Assembly: GCA_000934665.2 (NCBI GenBank)
Contig: JYFJ02003048.1
Location: forward strand, 1 to 46,872
Length of the DNA: 46,872 nucleotides
From: Catajapyx aquilonaris
Lineage: Eukaryota
Reading direction: 5' to 3'
Shown here piece by piece: positions 1 to 12,819 of this stretch; position 1 is the first letter of the stretch, and each line of letters begins with the position of its first letter. The notes under the pieces are model-generated. The model did no database searches. It was not told the DNA's origin and was given only the letters and a program-made list of their open reading frames with translations. The position numbers were made by a program, and so were the translations under genes.

Positions 1-62
1 GGGGAGGGGGGGGGGGTAGAAAATGGTCGGAAAAGTGTCCACGTAATTTATGGACGGCCCCC
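1..62. mobile_element. end of a MITE, Harbinger-like TIR
   Basis: ...ACGTAATTTATGGACGGCCCC resembles a common insect MITE terminus; other end outside the window. Confidence 0.45.
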
Positions 63-730
63 ATCGATGCGATGGCTCAAAATCATTTTCTTTAGAGAGC
101 CAGCTGCAGTCATCAAATGGCAGGATTTGTAGTAGTTTCAAACTACACAAAAATAGATTATTTTTAGTCAGTATCAGTACAATTAATATGAATGTTTAAT
201 TAGTTTTACATTCAGTGTATCATAATTTAATGGGCATGAAATTATTGACAAACTGTACATCAATGATAGAATATACCATGTTTCATAAGTGTATTATTCA
301 AATGTGAAGTTCCCCACAGTCATGAATAATGAAAGCAAAGTGAATTGATATATTCTTAGTTTCACCATTAGCTCTTGGTATCACTTGAGAAAGAGATGAT
401 CATACTCTTAGTCACCAGGTGGTAAATCAACATTTCTCTTAAATTTACAAATGCAAAATAGCAGTAGTTTTAAATGGTCTACAATTAATGAAAAAAGGTC
501 TTTGTCATATTTGGATGTCCTATATTTGGATGAGTCTACTTTCAATGTATTTATTTTTGTTATACTGCATAATCAGTACATATAATTTAACTAGCAGAGG
601 AGCCCGTTCTTCGCACGGCCTGTTTCCATGGTAATCACCAACAAATGCGTTGCCATGGGCACACAAAAAAACAAAGAAAATTTGCCTTACATAGTTACGT
701 AGATTATTATCAAAACAATTGTTATCAATT

Positions 731-979
731 GAAGAGTCCAGCAGGGGAAAAAGGGGGAATGTCTCACAAAAAATGTTCGTGAGAAATCGAAGAAATTGCT
801 TTATTTCTTCACGTGTATAAGGAATAATAGGGATATCTTCACGTCATTATATGCAACTGTCCCCCTTGTACCCATGGAAAGCCTCCAGGTATAAGTGGCA
901 CCTACGCTACTATTGTAATGTGCACTTGGCAGGAACCCCAATGGAATTTGACATTCCCCCTTTTTCCCCTGGACTCTTC
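731..979. mobile_element. MITE with ~30-bp TIRs flanked by AATT
   Basis: GAAGAGTCCAG..GGGGAAAAAGGGGGAATGTC / GACATTCCCCC..CCCCTGGACTCTTC; AATT on both sides. Confidence 0.75.
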
Positions 980-1083
980 AATTAATTAATTTCTAGCAGC
1001 AATCCCGTGTGTAGTGTCTGGTATATAATATTATGTTGAACGTGGTGTCAGTCAACATACACAGAAGTGATTGAAAGCGGAGG

Positions 1084-1720
1084 GATAATTGGACAGTGTT
1101 GTGCAATAATGGGTCAACCCACAAAAATGTCCAAATTGAGTTATGCCCAGGAACATACACCCAAAGGATAGTACCAGTACTTCATTCAGTTAAAATCAAG
1201 GTGGCGAAATCTCCATACTTCTGCCACAAATGACCGAAATGTTAACTCACGAATGGTGTGCATGGACAGTGTTATGCAATAATTTGTCAACCCACAAAAA
1301 TGTCATAATTGAGCCAATCCCAGGAACCGAAAGCAGAGGTTCTTAATCTTTCCGGGCCTCCGCACCCCTTTGTAGACAATATATTGGTCCTTGTCGCACC
1401 CCCTATACCAGAGGTGATTGATTAAGTTCATAATTAGACCAGTTATTAGCTTGGTTAGATAAGGTCCAGAGGTGCACCTCGCTCGCACCCCCAGGGAAGC
1501 CACCTCGCAACCCCTGGAGGTGAGGGCACCCCAGAACCGCTGACCTACATAGGATCCTACTTAATTCAGTTAAAACCACGCAGGTGAAATCTGCATACTT
1601 CTGCCATAAATGACCGAAAAGAACACTGAATTAATTTCACAGGTATGACCTTCAAAGCCTTTTTCTCAAAACTGTTCTCATGTGGGTTGACGCATTATTG
1701 CATAACACCGTCCAATTATC
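1084..1720. mobile_element. TIR element with an internal ~180-bp direct duplication
   Basis: GATAATTGGACAGTGTT..GTCAACCCACA at 1084, repeated near 1262, inverted at 1681-1720; related end near 27380-27432. Confidence 0.65.
1333..1542. mobile_element. hAT-like MITE nested in the previous element
   Basis: CAGAGGTTCT...AGAACCGCTG termini; homologous copy at ~45555-45680. Confidence 0.6.
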
Positions 1721-1728
1721 AAATACAG

Positions 1729-2270
1729 TAGGTACCCGTTTTACGCCGCTCCATTTTTACGCCGTTTTACGTTAGCACAGGTTTGAAAATGACATACAAT
1801 TTTTAAATTGAAAAATTGTGAAAAATGTGACGATAACAACACAAGCTCTGAACATAAGCACAACACTACTTCCACCCTTTTGAGTCCAAACACACGACCA
1901 CAAAATAATGCTATTTTTTGTCTTTCGTGGTGCCTTGCGGCGGGGTCTATCGATAAATCCAGCACCGTATTGTTGGTCTCATCGGAACCCTCCGAAGTCT
2001 GTTAAATACCATACGTCTTGCCAAAAGAAGGGAAAAGAGGCCTCAGAACCAGATGACCCTTAACCTGGAACCTTAACCATCATACGTGCATTATAAATGC
2101 TTGAAATAGTCGGCATTAAAAACTGCGATTTAAGCACTGTATCAGGGAAATTTTTGGAAATCTTGGACCCTATCTCATTTACTTCCATTATAATTTTGTC
2201 TCGTTTTACCCCTTTTCATTTTACTCCGCGTATTGCGGGAACCAATTACCGGCGTAAAACGGGTACTTCC
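1729..2270. mobile_element. TIR element (GTACCCGTTTTACGCCG)
   Basis: Inverted copy CGGCGTAAAACGGGTAC at 2250-2266; another left end begins near 2587. Confidence 0.65.
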
Positions 2271-3187
2271 TGTATCCTTCTGGAGAGCCTTGGGAGCCCG
2301 TTCGTAAGTACAGATCGCAGTAAATCATACTGCAATATATGTCAGTAGGCCATTATCAAAACCACACGACCTATTTCAGAACACCAGGAAACGCGAATGT
2401 CTGATTTTGCGCTTTTTATTTACGACCCAGGGAGAAATTATTACTATGTTCATTGTATGCTTTGCCATGTCTCCTATCACATATCCAGAGCACGGAAATC
2501 ATGATCCATAAACAAAATCACACTGATCAATAGGAAATTATGGTAGCCTGCTGGTTGTGAAACGGCCAAGAAAGATTTCACATGCGGGAAGTACCCGTTT
2601 TACGTAGCTCCATTTTACGCCGCGCCGGTTCGCATTAGCCCCGGTTTTAAAGTTACATTTGAAAATTTTGTATCGGAATTTTTTGAAAATAATATTTGAT
2701 GATAACACAATCTAAACATGAACGCATCACTTCAACACTTCTGGCACCCAAAGTGACTTTTCTTACCCTCCTGAATTACGATTTTCTTTGGATTTTTAAA
2801 TTCGGCTTGGCCTGTAGTGCTCAGAACATATCACCTCCGCTGCTAATTTCCCCGTTAGCAGGGTGAAAATACAGCCAAAAGGCGATGTTCCAAAGCCACA
2901 ACAACTGCGTCAGGTCGCGGTCGCCTTTCACCGCGTCTGTAGCTCTCTCCGGTGCCACGAAGGAGAAGGGTCATCTCGCACGCTTTGAAGTCGAAGGCGA
3001 TTATAATAATGGACAGCCAGGACAGGGAGCATATACTACATAAGAGGCGCAAACATTCGATTCGCTCGTCTCTCTGTTTGGAGCCAAGGCTGGCGGCCAT
3101 TTTGAAGCGGGGCCAACGAGGTGTAAATAGGGTACAGGCAGGCAGACGTAAAGGTCCGCCATCTTTGATGGTGCTGGCGGCGGCCAT

Positions 3188-3324
3188 GGCACTTCACGGC
3201 AAGAACACGCGCGAATTTGAATATTTTTGCAGTATGAGCTCCTTTAATGCACTTTTCTACGTATTAATTCCGTAAGTACGGCATAAAATATTCAAATTCG
3301 CGCGTGTTCTTGCCGTGAAGTGCC
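3188..3324. mobile_element. hairpin MITE with AT TSD (ISL2EU-like)
   Basis: ~38-bp perfect TIR GGCACTTCACGGCAAGAACACGCGCGAATTTGAATATTTT, flanked by AT. Confidence 0.75.
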
Positions 3325-3544
3325 ATTATTCGGGGTGGCCTCAGGCTTCGTCTTGGGTGGGATTTCCGCTAGACTAACGACCTGGGGAGCTCACAAAATG
3401 ACCTTCGTAAACGACAATGCACTGCACACAGCACATTCCCTCCCTGTCACTTCGCCCTTGGACCAGGGCGTCAAACGTTGGAACTTGATTCGACGAACTC
3501 GGGTACTTGTTCGTTGCTAGTCGCAAAAATCCGGACCCTAAGTG

Positions 3545-4890
3545 TTTTTACCTTTGCATTTTGTGATAAGAAGGTGCCACTTGGCACATACGTTCTCTAG
3601 GCCTTCAGGAATCACTGTAGCCTCCTGAGACCCGAGAAGAATTGAGTAACGGAATATCAGTTCCTATTGCATTTTCTGAACATGTTCCCAATAAGAAACG
3701 AGAAAAAAATTTTATATTTAAAATATCGTCAAAAATGGCGACAAACAACCAATGAGAACATTAGGACCCAATTGGTGCTACAAAATCAGAACGGATGAAA
3801 GCTGAAAATTGAAATACCACTTAATGGATCACTCACATAGTGCTCTATCCTCCAAACAATGTTTTAAAATTTTATTTTTGGTATTCGTGGTAGCAATTCC
3901 TCTCAGAAGACAATTAAAGATAAATGAAATTATTTTTTAACGCCACCACTCCAGGCATGGGGCTTGCTCCTTCCCTTCTTACCCGCTAAAGTGGTACCTT
4001 GCTAATCTACATTTTGAACTGAACTGCATAGTGAAAAGCACACTTCCTTGTGGGTGTATAGGTACAGGCACTTAAAGAAAAGTCACACCCATTCAGCTAA
4101 AAAAAAAAGGATGTCCATTCAAATGGACATTTTGTCTCAGGAAGAAAAGAAAATGACCAGTTCTCTGCAGCAACAAAGATCGTCACAGATAATTTTTTTC
4201 GTATTTCCTAATGCACATTCCTTGCGAATCCCAGGGCATTCACTACATTGACGAAAATAGCACTCTAAATATGAGTAAAAAAATAAAACTTATCAGATGA
4301 GCGCCTAGCTTCAGCAGCGCCATCAGCCATTTTTTTCGCGGCCCAAGACAGATATTCGATGCTAGGTGGCTACAGCTATTGAGGCCAGATTGTAATCATG
4401 GGATACCAACAGATTATAGTTCTGTTGGCATCACTAGTTGGCGCCAAAAAAACTTTTCCAGGTGTCCATTTAAATGGACATTTGGTCTCAGGAGGGTAGA
4501 GTTGACGGCACCTGATCGGCCCTTTAGGTCACAAGTTATGCGGTGTTGCCAAGAATGCCAACCATGAGGCGCAAAACATGGAAATGTCCTAAAGGTCGGA
4601 TAAAACCGCATGAGAATTGTAGAAAATGATACAGATCCACTCTTCCAGCACTCTGCCGATGTATTACAAGGTAATGAGGTGGCACCTGTCCACAACGGAC
4701 CCTGAGTATAGCGAAAGCCTGTCAATTGCGGAATTTTCTGGAAACTGGGATATATGCAGAGGGCATGAAATGCCCCCCCCCNCTGTTGACCTAAGGGACC
4801 GATCAGGTGCTGCCAACTCTAAAATGATTCCTGAAGGCCTAGAGAACGTATGTGCCAAATGGCACCTTATCACAAAATGCAAAGTTAAAC
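3545..4890. repeat. inverted repeat pairs 3545-3614/4825-4890 and ~4497-4532/4786-4821
   Basis: TTTGCATTTTGTGATAAG..GGCACATACGTTCTCTAGGCCTTCAGGAATCA and its reverse complement; segment ~3750-3955 also recurs at ~33425-33630. Confidence 0.6.
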
Positions 4891-5109
4891 AAGATTGGCA
4901 AATCACGTGAGCGTGATTAGAGTAGACTTTTTCATGTTTACTGCTATTGTCCCCAACGTCCGTCACGGGACTGGGACTGGGACTGAAACCACCCATAACT
5001 CACTTTCGGCCATGGAAGCGGACTTACCCTTTTCCTCCTTCCTTCTCCTACCCCCACATCGCCCCTTTCCCCTTTAAAAAATCTCTCCTAGCAAACCCAT
5101 CTTTTATAC

Positions 5110-5178
5110 CTTTTTTCATCCATCGAAAAAGTCTTATAGCACGGCTCTGTCCGTCCGTCCGTCCGTCTGTGGACAGGT
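5110..5178 (+). mobile_element. 5' part of a DINE-1/Helentron-like element, interrupted by a SINE
   Basis: T-run start followed by a (GTCC)n microsatellite. Confidence 0.45.
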
Positions 5179-5559
5179 GGGGGGAGGCACGGTGGCCAAG
5201 ATGGTAACGTCTCGGCTTGCTATGCGAAAGGTCCCGGGTTCAAATCCCCATCCGGGAACAAACCTTTCGCTTGCGTCAATGGGTCGTGACCCGCGCCTAT
5301 GGAGGCGTCTTGGCAACCTAGCCTCCTGGGGGACTGCACCTGGCCCACCGCTGGACAATGCACCTGCACATGTGTCCCCTCCCCAAAATCCCCTACCCTT
5401 ACCCTATTTCCCACTATTTCCTAGTAATCCTTGCACCGGTGAGGCGGTGATCGAAGTACAAACAATTAGAAAACTGTATGGTGGTCTGCCACCCCCCTAT
5501 AACGACCAAGTAGTTGTATCACGGGGTAAATAAAATAAATAAAAATAAAAATAAAAAAA
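5179..5559 (+). mobile_element. tRNA-derived SINE, head type A
   Basis: A box GGTGGCCAAGATGG, B box GGTTCAAATCC, (TAAAA)n tail; homologs at 16673 and 20408. Confidence 0.88.
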
Positions 5560-5744
5560 TCCCGTGTTGCTCGCCGTGTTGCTGTCTCGTGCATGATATG
5601 TGAACTTTGAGTATACCAAAGTGTTTGTCATGACTTTTACATAGTTGCTAGGTGTTTGGTTCAAAAATGACAAAAATGGCGGTTATCATGATTTTCCACC
5701 ACATCCTTCATTTCATGCCCAGCATACTGGTGCAACATGTAGAC

Positions 5745-6506
5745 CAGCCCACGGACACTACCCCTATCTTCTGGGCTTATGGGTCTGTCAGACAGGCGTT
5801 CCGTTCGCTCGTCGCCCCGCTCGCTTCGCGCGCATGGGTCACACTGGCGAGCGTTGCGCTCCGCTGTGCCCTGGGGGCCTCGTCAGTCGAGGAAATTGGG
5901 GGATTTTGGGAATGACGCAGCGAGGCAGGACCCTCTCGCTGCGTTCTCCTCCAGCGGCTCGTCGGGCTCCGATTGGCCGAGACCCTTTTCCCCCCAGCTG
6001 CCCACCCCAACCACCCCTGCCATCATGACCCACTTGTCCCCCGAGGCGAGGTCGCCTTTCACTTCTCCTGCTAAACCCTACGACCGAGTCAGCGCATGTC
6101 TGACAAGTTTGGGCACAGCGATCGCAGCGACATTTTTCGGGGCGAGCGAACGGAACGCCTGTGTGACAGACCCATTATCAACTGCCGAGGGATTACGCAC
6201 CGGGTGCTCACCTGAGACCGCCACGAGACATTTCCCAGAGCATTTATGTGGCGACCCTACCGGACTAAGGCTAAACTTTATAGGTACGAAGGGGAGGGCT
6301 ACATGCTGGCCCAACATGGCCGCCGGCGGCCATGTTGGGCCCCCCAATGTAGCCCTCCCCTTCGTACCTATTAGCCTTAGTCCGGTAGGGTCGCCACATA
6401 AATGCTCTGGGAAATGTCTCTTGCACTCTCAAGTGAGCACCCGGTGCGTAATCCCTCGGCAGGGGGTGGGTGGGGAGTGACCTAACCTGAGTCTTCTACA
6501 GCCATG
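5745..6506 (+). mobile_element. palindrome-bearing 8-bp-TSD element, copy 1
   Basis: TSD ATGTAGAC (5737-5744, 6507-6514); CAG...ATG ends; palindrome 6182-6462. Confidence 0.88.
5780..6174. mobile_element. PIF/Harbinger-type MITE nested in copy 1
   Basis: TIR TGGGTCTGTCA(G/C)ACAGGCGTTCCGTTCGCTCG; TTA TSD; site is empty in the copy at 37650. Confidence 0.85.
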
Positions 6507-7731
6507 ATGTAGACTGTAGGGTGTGTTGGCATATAAAAATCAAGTAATGTGATTGGGTAAGACATGAACTTGGCAGTCCGTCTCTCAACACAAGAATAAC
6601 AGTGGTGCGTGATAAGTAATGGCTTAATCAAGGAAATGAAGAGTCTGGCAAGAATGCTGCTGCTGCTGCCTGGGGGTGGAGGGTGAAGTGAAGAATTTTT
6701 TCGTTGTTGTAATTATGGTGGCAGCAATGGAAACCCTTCGATTATTGTACCCCCCCNCCCCCCCCCGGGACAGAAAGCTGGCATGCGTGTAACCGTAAAT
6801 AAACGACCGCATGTGTATAGGGCTGGCAGGTTTATTGTGCTGCCCACAAGAAACTCTTTTCCCTTCCTTTTCCAACATCTTAAGGTCCGGATTCAGTTGC
6901 AAACAGTTCCCAGAAAATCCACTAGTAGAATCAAGGGTGGAGGGTTGGGGGAAGGAGACTGGTGAGGGTGGAGTTGGTTTGAGAGAAGCGATGACCCACC
7001 GCCAATAGAAGGAAAGTGTTTCATTACTCTTTCCTTCAACACCCCTATCTAAGTCCCTATCTAAGTACATTAAAAACCTGCGAATAGCTCGTTTTTATGG
7101 TATCTATGACTATTAATCTGATTATCCTTGTTTTCCTATTATCCAGAGACACTCGCGCAGTCATTAGACGGAATAATCGGGTGTATATGGATTTTAAATC
7201 GATTTCCTGTCACCCGCCTTCTCTTATTATTGGCCCCAATTGCATCGATGATTCGTGCCTTTCGTATCGTATCCGTAGTAATTTTTTCATACTTTCTATC
7301 CAGAAAAATTCCACGCATGAGTCGACTCTGGTAAGTGAGGCGTGATTGCTTGATGAAAATTAATGACTTTGTATCGTATCTCCAGTCATCTTTTTACACT
7401 ATGGACCACAAGGCCAGTTTTAAGTCATATGGCTAATTTTAATCTTGCATATCCCTACCACTACCACCACAAGTCACAACACACCTCAACACCCCTGGGC
7501 AATAAGAATGAAACCAAGTTTCCCTTTCCTTTGGACTAAACAGTCTGGGAAAATCTGGGCCTTCAGCAAGAAATTTCTTGCAATTTCTCATGTTTGATCC
7601 CCAGAACATATGGTATTGCTCCATAACAATGGGAAATTTTTTGAAATACTGACTTAATATTTTATATGCATGGAAAAAACTCTCCCAAAATTCTCAAAAC
7701 TTTCCCCAAAAAATCATGATTTGCACTAATT

Positions 7732-8030
7732 TTTTAACAATTATTTCATTTATTTTACCCCATTGGGAGAATCGGTGCTACATTAGGGGGGTGGATACCA
7801 CCATTTCACCTCTCAATTTTTTCTGCAACTTTCACACATGGATGTGGCCAAGGATAGGGAAGGAAGGAAGAGACTGTGGCCTATTATACAGAAGCGACCC
7901 CAGAATTATCCTGCGGGGACCATGGAAAACGACAGAAAACCACGGTCAGGATCGCCGGCTCTGGGTATCAAACCCAGGACCTCCCAATTAGCAGTCAGAC
8001 TCCTCAACCACTACACCAACCTGCTTCGGT
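7732..8030 (-). mobile_element. tRNA-derived SINE, head type B, with structured tail
   Basis: Homologous to the 15865 copy; TSD GAT(T/G)TGCACTAATT (7718-7731, 8031-8044). Confidence 0.85.
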
Positions 8031-8670
8031 GATGTGCACTAATTAAAATGCCAGAACAGTGGCCAACTACTCCCAATACGCAAAAAATAAAATATCATGT
8101 GTTCCAAAGGAGCAGAAAAAGTTCTCTTGGCTCGATGATAATAGAAATATATTGCTCTAGATGGTGATTTCGCCTCCATTACAGAAACAACATGTTCATT
8201 TAAATGAGTTTTGCTATAAACACAAGTGTATGTTAGGGAAGGGGTGCAGGATGATTCACAAAATGCTACCTGTTATTACATGGGTGGATGAAAGAAAAAT
8301 TGTCCTGTGATTATCTTCGTAATGGAATTGAAATGGCCTTAATCAATAATACTGGAATAATTTTGGTGGAAAAGACTCTCAAAAACTCGATTATAAAAGG
8401 AATGCTGGAACTTGAGGAACACCCTGTGTTACCATATTTTAAAATCAATTGGTGGTAATACATTATAATACCGGTATTGGAAAAAAACAAAATTACAATT
8501 TTTAAAGAAATTTTCAGAAATTTGTAATGTCAGTATAGGAAAAACTAGTGTCTTATTTTCACTATGGATATTAAATTAGCAACAACCTTCTCTGATCCAC
8601 GGTGAAACTATTCAAGAAGACAATAATTGACAGCCCTTAATTAAGGAATTACTGAAGGTACGGTACTCAC

Positions 8671-8820
8671 AGTACACTTGTGTGGCTTTTCCCCTGTGTG
8701 GCGTCGCATGTGCACCACCAACATATACTGCGCTTTGAATGGTTTCTCTTCTCTGGAGCACTCTTTCCAGCGACATATAAATGATTTCTTATTGGCATGG
8801 ATATGGTCATTGTTGATATG
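8671..8820 (-). CDS. ci: ci/GLI exon, end of finger 1 and finger 2 (HINNDHI...[24 protein letters not shown])
   Basis: Diagnostic GLI finger sequence; acceptor ttgcag, donor GTGAGT; 50 codons; 101-bp upstream intron. Confidence 0.98.
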
Positions 8821-8921
8821 CTGCAATGCAAGAAATTATTACTACTTAGGGTCTAATGAGTATGATTATGCTTCCATGTGGCCACACTGCCTCTGGTGCA
8901 TGGGAATAATTCAAAACTCAC

Positions 8922-9173
8922 CTTCACCAGCTCCTCCTGAGTATTGAATTCTTGATCACAGTCTTTCCAATGGCAATGAGTCTCAATGAAGTCCCCAGGC
9001 TCGTCTTTCATTGGGTCATGAGATGAATCTCCTTTGTCACCAGAACTGCTTCCTCCACTGGCTCCCAAGGTAGAGCAAACTGGTTCCTTCTTCACCTTGC
9101 TTTGTCGTGCCTCCTCTGAGTCTACTGTGCTCGACACTGCATTTGGCGAGTCCTTGTTACCCAGCAGCTCTCC
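8922..9173 (-). CDS. ci: ci/GLI exon ending in zinc finger 1 (KDEPGDFIETHCHWKDC...ELVK)
   Basis: Acceptor tattcag, donor GTGAGT; 84 codons, phase 0/0; conserved Ci KDEPGDFIET motif. Confidence 0.96.
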
Positions 9174-9354
9174 CTGAATAAAAGAAAATGGCAAGTCTGT
9201 TAATACTGTAGAAAGCAACATTTAATGAATGTTCCAACTGAAATTTCACTCACACCAATTTCAAGGGTGCTCAAGTGCAGCTGCAAAGGTATATAACTAT
9301 ATCAGTAGAAGAGAAAGCCGGGTGAAAATTCATGAATGAATCCAGTGGAATGCA

Positions 9355-9359
<5 letters not shown>

Positions 9360-9397
<38 letters not shown>

Positions 9398-9731
9398 TTT
9401 TTTTCCATTACCCCACGGGGGGAGTCATACTACTCCTTAGGGGGGGTGGGTTGCCACCTTTGGAATTTGTTTTGGAGCGAGTTTAAGAATAATCTTAATT
9501 AGTATGCTCCAAGGGTGGGTGGGAGGGGATGTGCAAAGTGCAAGTGCAATGTCTCTAATCGTCATTTTGTGAACTCCCCCGGGTGGCTTAGTCTGCCGGA
9601 AATTGCCACCCGAAACGAAGCCAGAGATGGCCCAACTCTGCACGAAAGAAGGTGGGAACCCCGGGTGGGGATTGAACCCGGGACCTTAACTTCCGTGGGC
9701 GCGCGCGTTACCGCGGCGCCACTCCGTCTCC
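9360..9731 (-). mobile_element. tRNA-derived SINE, head type C, (TAA)n tail
   Basis: B box GGTTCAATCCC; 18-bp TSD CCAGTGGAATGCAATTAT (9342-9359, 9732-9749). Confidence 0.9.
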
Positions 9732-9930
9732 CCAGTGGAATGCAATTATATGCTATGAGTAAAACTTGCTTATAGCGGAATTGCTTCATACTGCATACAG
9801 TGTACTGAACAGGTTTCTGTTATGATCAACAGAAATGCATTGCAAATGACCAGCCATAAATTATGCTACAGTATATGAACAGGGTCCTTTACAGACAGGC
9901 TTCACTGTCAACTGTAGCCATAAGACTTAA

Positions 9931-10772
9931 GGGGGCACTACAGTCATCGACCTTCAAAAATTCGGTTTTATTTTTTATTTTCGAAAAAAATCAAGCGTCC
10001 TTTCCTGCGTCGAACGCGGCAAACCGCGTCCCGAAATTCAAAAAATTAGCGCGTCGGGAGCGGATGGCTGGCAACGACCTTCGGTTCCCCCTCCTCTCCC
10101 CACCTACCCGCTGGCATGAGCGCCATCGGGTGCTGCTCCCGCGCGGACGCGGAGGCACTATCGGTCCTGCTGTCAACAGCGCGTATGTGTGACACTAACG
10201 TTTTTTTAAAAATCGCATTATCGCTCTGTTACGTTACCCTAGTTTTAACTTTAAACGCGTTTGTCTCAGTTTGCCGGATTTGGACACTGTCGACATCGCC
10301 CAGGCTACAAAAATTTAGCTGAGGACTTCCCACTTCACCAGATTTATCCTCAAACATGTCGCTATCCAGTGGCCTAAAAGATTTAGCCTGCTCGAACTAC
10401 TTCTATTTTAAATTAATTAAATTCTTTCTCAAAACTGAGTTATCTTTCTGAAATCGTCAAGAAAATACTAAAACGATTTCAAAAATTATATTATATTCTA
10501 GGTCAATGGAAAACTACATGCTCAAGGAAGCCTGAGGTCCAATCTGACGGTTGTAGGTTGACTCCAGCGTCCTAAATCGTGTCGACAGTGGCGTGACGTC
10601 ACTCGGCCCGGGAGGCCCTTCGACACACGAACGTGATTCGATTATAGGCGCTAATAGGTCTTTGACTTATGTACATTCATGAAAATCAAGTCCCAACTTC
10701 TTGTCTCTAATAGTTTTTTTGATCAATTTTTTTTTTTACAAAACCCTTGATTTTGACTGTCACAGTGCCCCC
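9931..10772. mobile_element. TTAA-flanked element, Kolobok-like
   Basis: TTAA|GGGGGCACT...AGTGCCCCC|TTAA. Confidence 0.75.
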
Positions 10773-10776
10773 TTAA

Positions 10777-11676
10777 GAGGGCCGGGTCATATCGTTCCCG
10801 CCACTTTTTCTGGCCGCTTCGAGAGCAAATCCGTCGTGCAGACTTATTGTCTGCAACCTGCCCGTATGGGCGCGCTATCACAGATGCGGGCATGCGGTCT
10901 TTTGCCTTGGGCGGCGGATGAACCAGAGCTGCTTCCGGTCCTGCAACGGTTCGAATCAAACAATAATTGATCGATCGGCAACATGAAGTTTGACTGAGTA
11001 TCGGCGTCACAGGGGCTCGGCCGTGGATCCGCATATTTAAATTCTGGCCTTTATCTCTTTGCAAACGCATTTTCGAGCCGATTTAACTGTTTTTGTGGCG
11101 ATTACGTGGGACGAGCTGAGACGCTGTTAGCAGTCCAAGATTACAAAATCTGAAGGGGCCACGCGTGGCAACGTCGCGTCGTATCCGACCCTCTCCCACC
11201 ACCAACTCCCCCACCCGTCCGAAGGTCGGCCAGCAGCCAGCAGCCAGGAAGGGTGGGGGAGTGGGTGGTGGGAGAGGGTCGGATCCGACGCGACGTTGCC
11301 ACGCGTGGTCCCCTTCATATTTGGTAATCTGCTAACAGCGTCTCAGCTCGTCCCACGTCATCGCCACAAAAACAGTTAAATCGGCTGGAAAATGCGTTTG
11401 CAAAGAGATAAAGCCTAGGCGAGAGACTTGTCATTAGCAGTTACTTGTAGCTGCTAGAAAATAGCTACCGTGGTGTGGTTCGCCGTCTGGCCGCCACGAG
11501 GGGAATTCTTGCCTGCCAGGCGTCTCCACTCGCTGGCGGGAGACTATTATTTTACGAATATGACCTCTCGCCCTGGCCTTACCGTTCGTCTCTCAGAAAA
11601 ATTGCTTATACCCTCGGAATCAGGATTTCTTGCCCGATTTTTAGAACACAACTTGTATTTTGAGTGCCGTGTCCCT
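10777..11676. mobile_element. probable second TTAA-flanked element containing a foldback insert (~11047-11413)
   Basis: Imperfect ends GAGGGCCGGG / CCGTGTCCCT between TTAA sites; internal arms of ~165 bp are clearly inverted. Confidence 0.55.
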
Positions 11677-11977
11677 TTAACCCTTAACTAGTGACCTGGA
11701 AAATCCTAACACTCACGGTGACCTGGGGTGTTTTAAGACCCCAGGGGATTTTTTAAATGTAAATTGCATTTAATGATCAATAATTGATTTTAAATTCTTT
11801 TACACAACACCTGTAACTGTTTTCTACAATTTGGTTTAATTTTCAACTCTCTAGCTGCCGTAGAACGGAATTAAAAGAATCATATACCAAACCATGCAAT
11901 ATTTCCAGAATTTATGACGAATCTAGATTTTCTAAGTCCTGAAATATTTCACAACTGGTGACCTATATAAGTGTGTG

Positions 11978-12230
11978 GACGCGCATTGCTATCCTTGTGA
12001 GGAATTTTTTTCGCGTTTTTCCTATCCTTGTGAGGAATTTTGTCATTACGAGGTAGTTTTCCTGTACCTCATAGTGAACACACGCCTTACCAGGATAGGG
12101 AAAAATCGAAAAATACCTCATAAAGACAGTAAAAATATATTTCACCAAAATTTCGTGTGTTTCCTTGTAGGTTAGGTTAGTTTTAAATTTTAAATTTTGG
12201 AAAAACCTCACAAGGATAGGAATGCGCGCC
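11978..12230. mobile_element. nested TIR element
   Basis: CGCGCATT(G/C)CTATCCTTGTGAGG and its inverse; internal TAGGTTAGGTTAG. Confidence 0.65.
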
Positions 12231-12255
12231 TGGGTGCGTGAGTGTGTGTGTTTCT

Positions 12256-12538
12256 CTGTCTGTCTGTCCACCTCGGATATAGTAGACTCGGATATAATAG
12301 ACACCTCGGATATAGTAGACACATCATTGGTCACACGCCCCCTGGCAGGCCCCTGACTTCCGTAATTCTTGCTCACACGCCACCTCGGATATAGTAGACA
12401 TTGCACACGCGCCCCAATAATGCCAACGTAACAAAATACCGGGTGTCTACTATATCCGAGGTGTGTACTATATCCGCGGGACCAATGTGTCTACTATATC
12501 TGAGGTGTCTGCTATATCCGAGGTGGACAGGCAGACAG
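12256..12538. mobile_element. nested foldback element with 18-bp subrepeats
   Basis: CACCTCGGATATAGTAGA units on the left, inverted units on the right. Confidence 0.7.
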
Positions 12539-12819
12539 TGTCCTTCACGAAAATTCTCCGGATCATATTTTTCTAATTCCTGAAATGTTACTCAACTGGT
12601 GACCTAGGGTCTTTTAAGACCCCAGGTGACACCTCGGTGGGTAATTAATTATTGATTTTAGCGGTTGTGTGTGACTAAAAATGTTTTAAATCGAATATAT
12701 GTTGAGAAAGGTTCAACTGAAATTTACGAAAAAAAATATTTTCCTTGACATTAAAATTAAACATTTTATAACAAAAAAATTGCACCTGGGGTCTTGAAAG
12801 ACCCCAGGTCACCAGTTAA

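Noticed and set aside
589..620. Helitron-like start ACTAGCAG..CCCG (also near 16188)
   Set aside because: Only a short terminal motif; the other end could not be defined
5779..6480. 233-aa ORF
   Set aside because: Chance open frame through a GC-rich MITE and palindrome; no recognisable domain
1..8670. ci zinc fingers 3-5 exon
   Set aside because: SRLENLKTHLRSHTGEKPY coding sequence not seen by eye; presumably beyond the window
12265..12530. CRISPR-like short repeats
   Set aside because: Repeats are abutting or irregularly spaced and inverted between halves, in eukaryotic DNA; they are TE subterminal repeats
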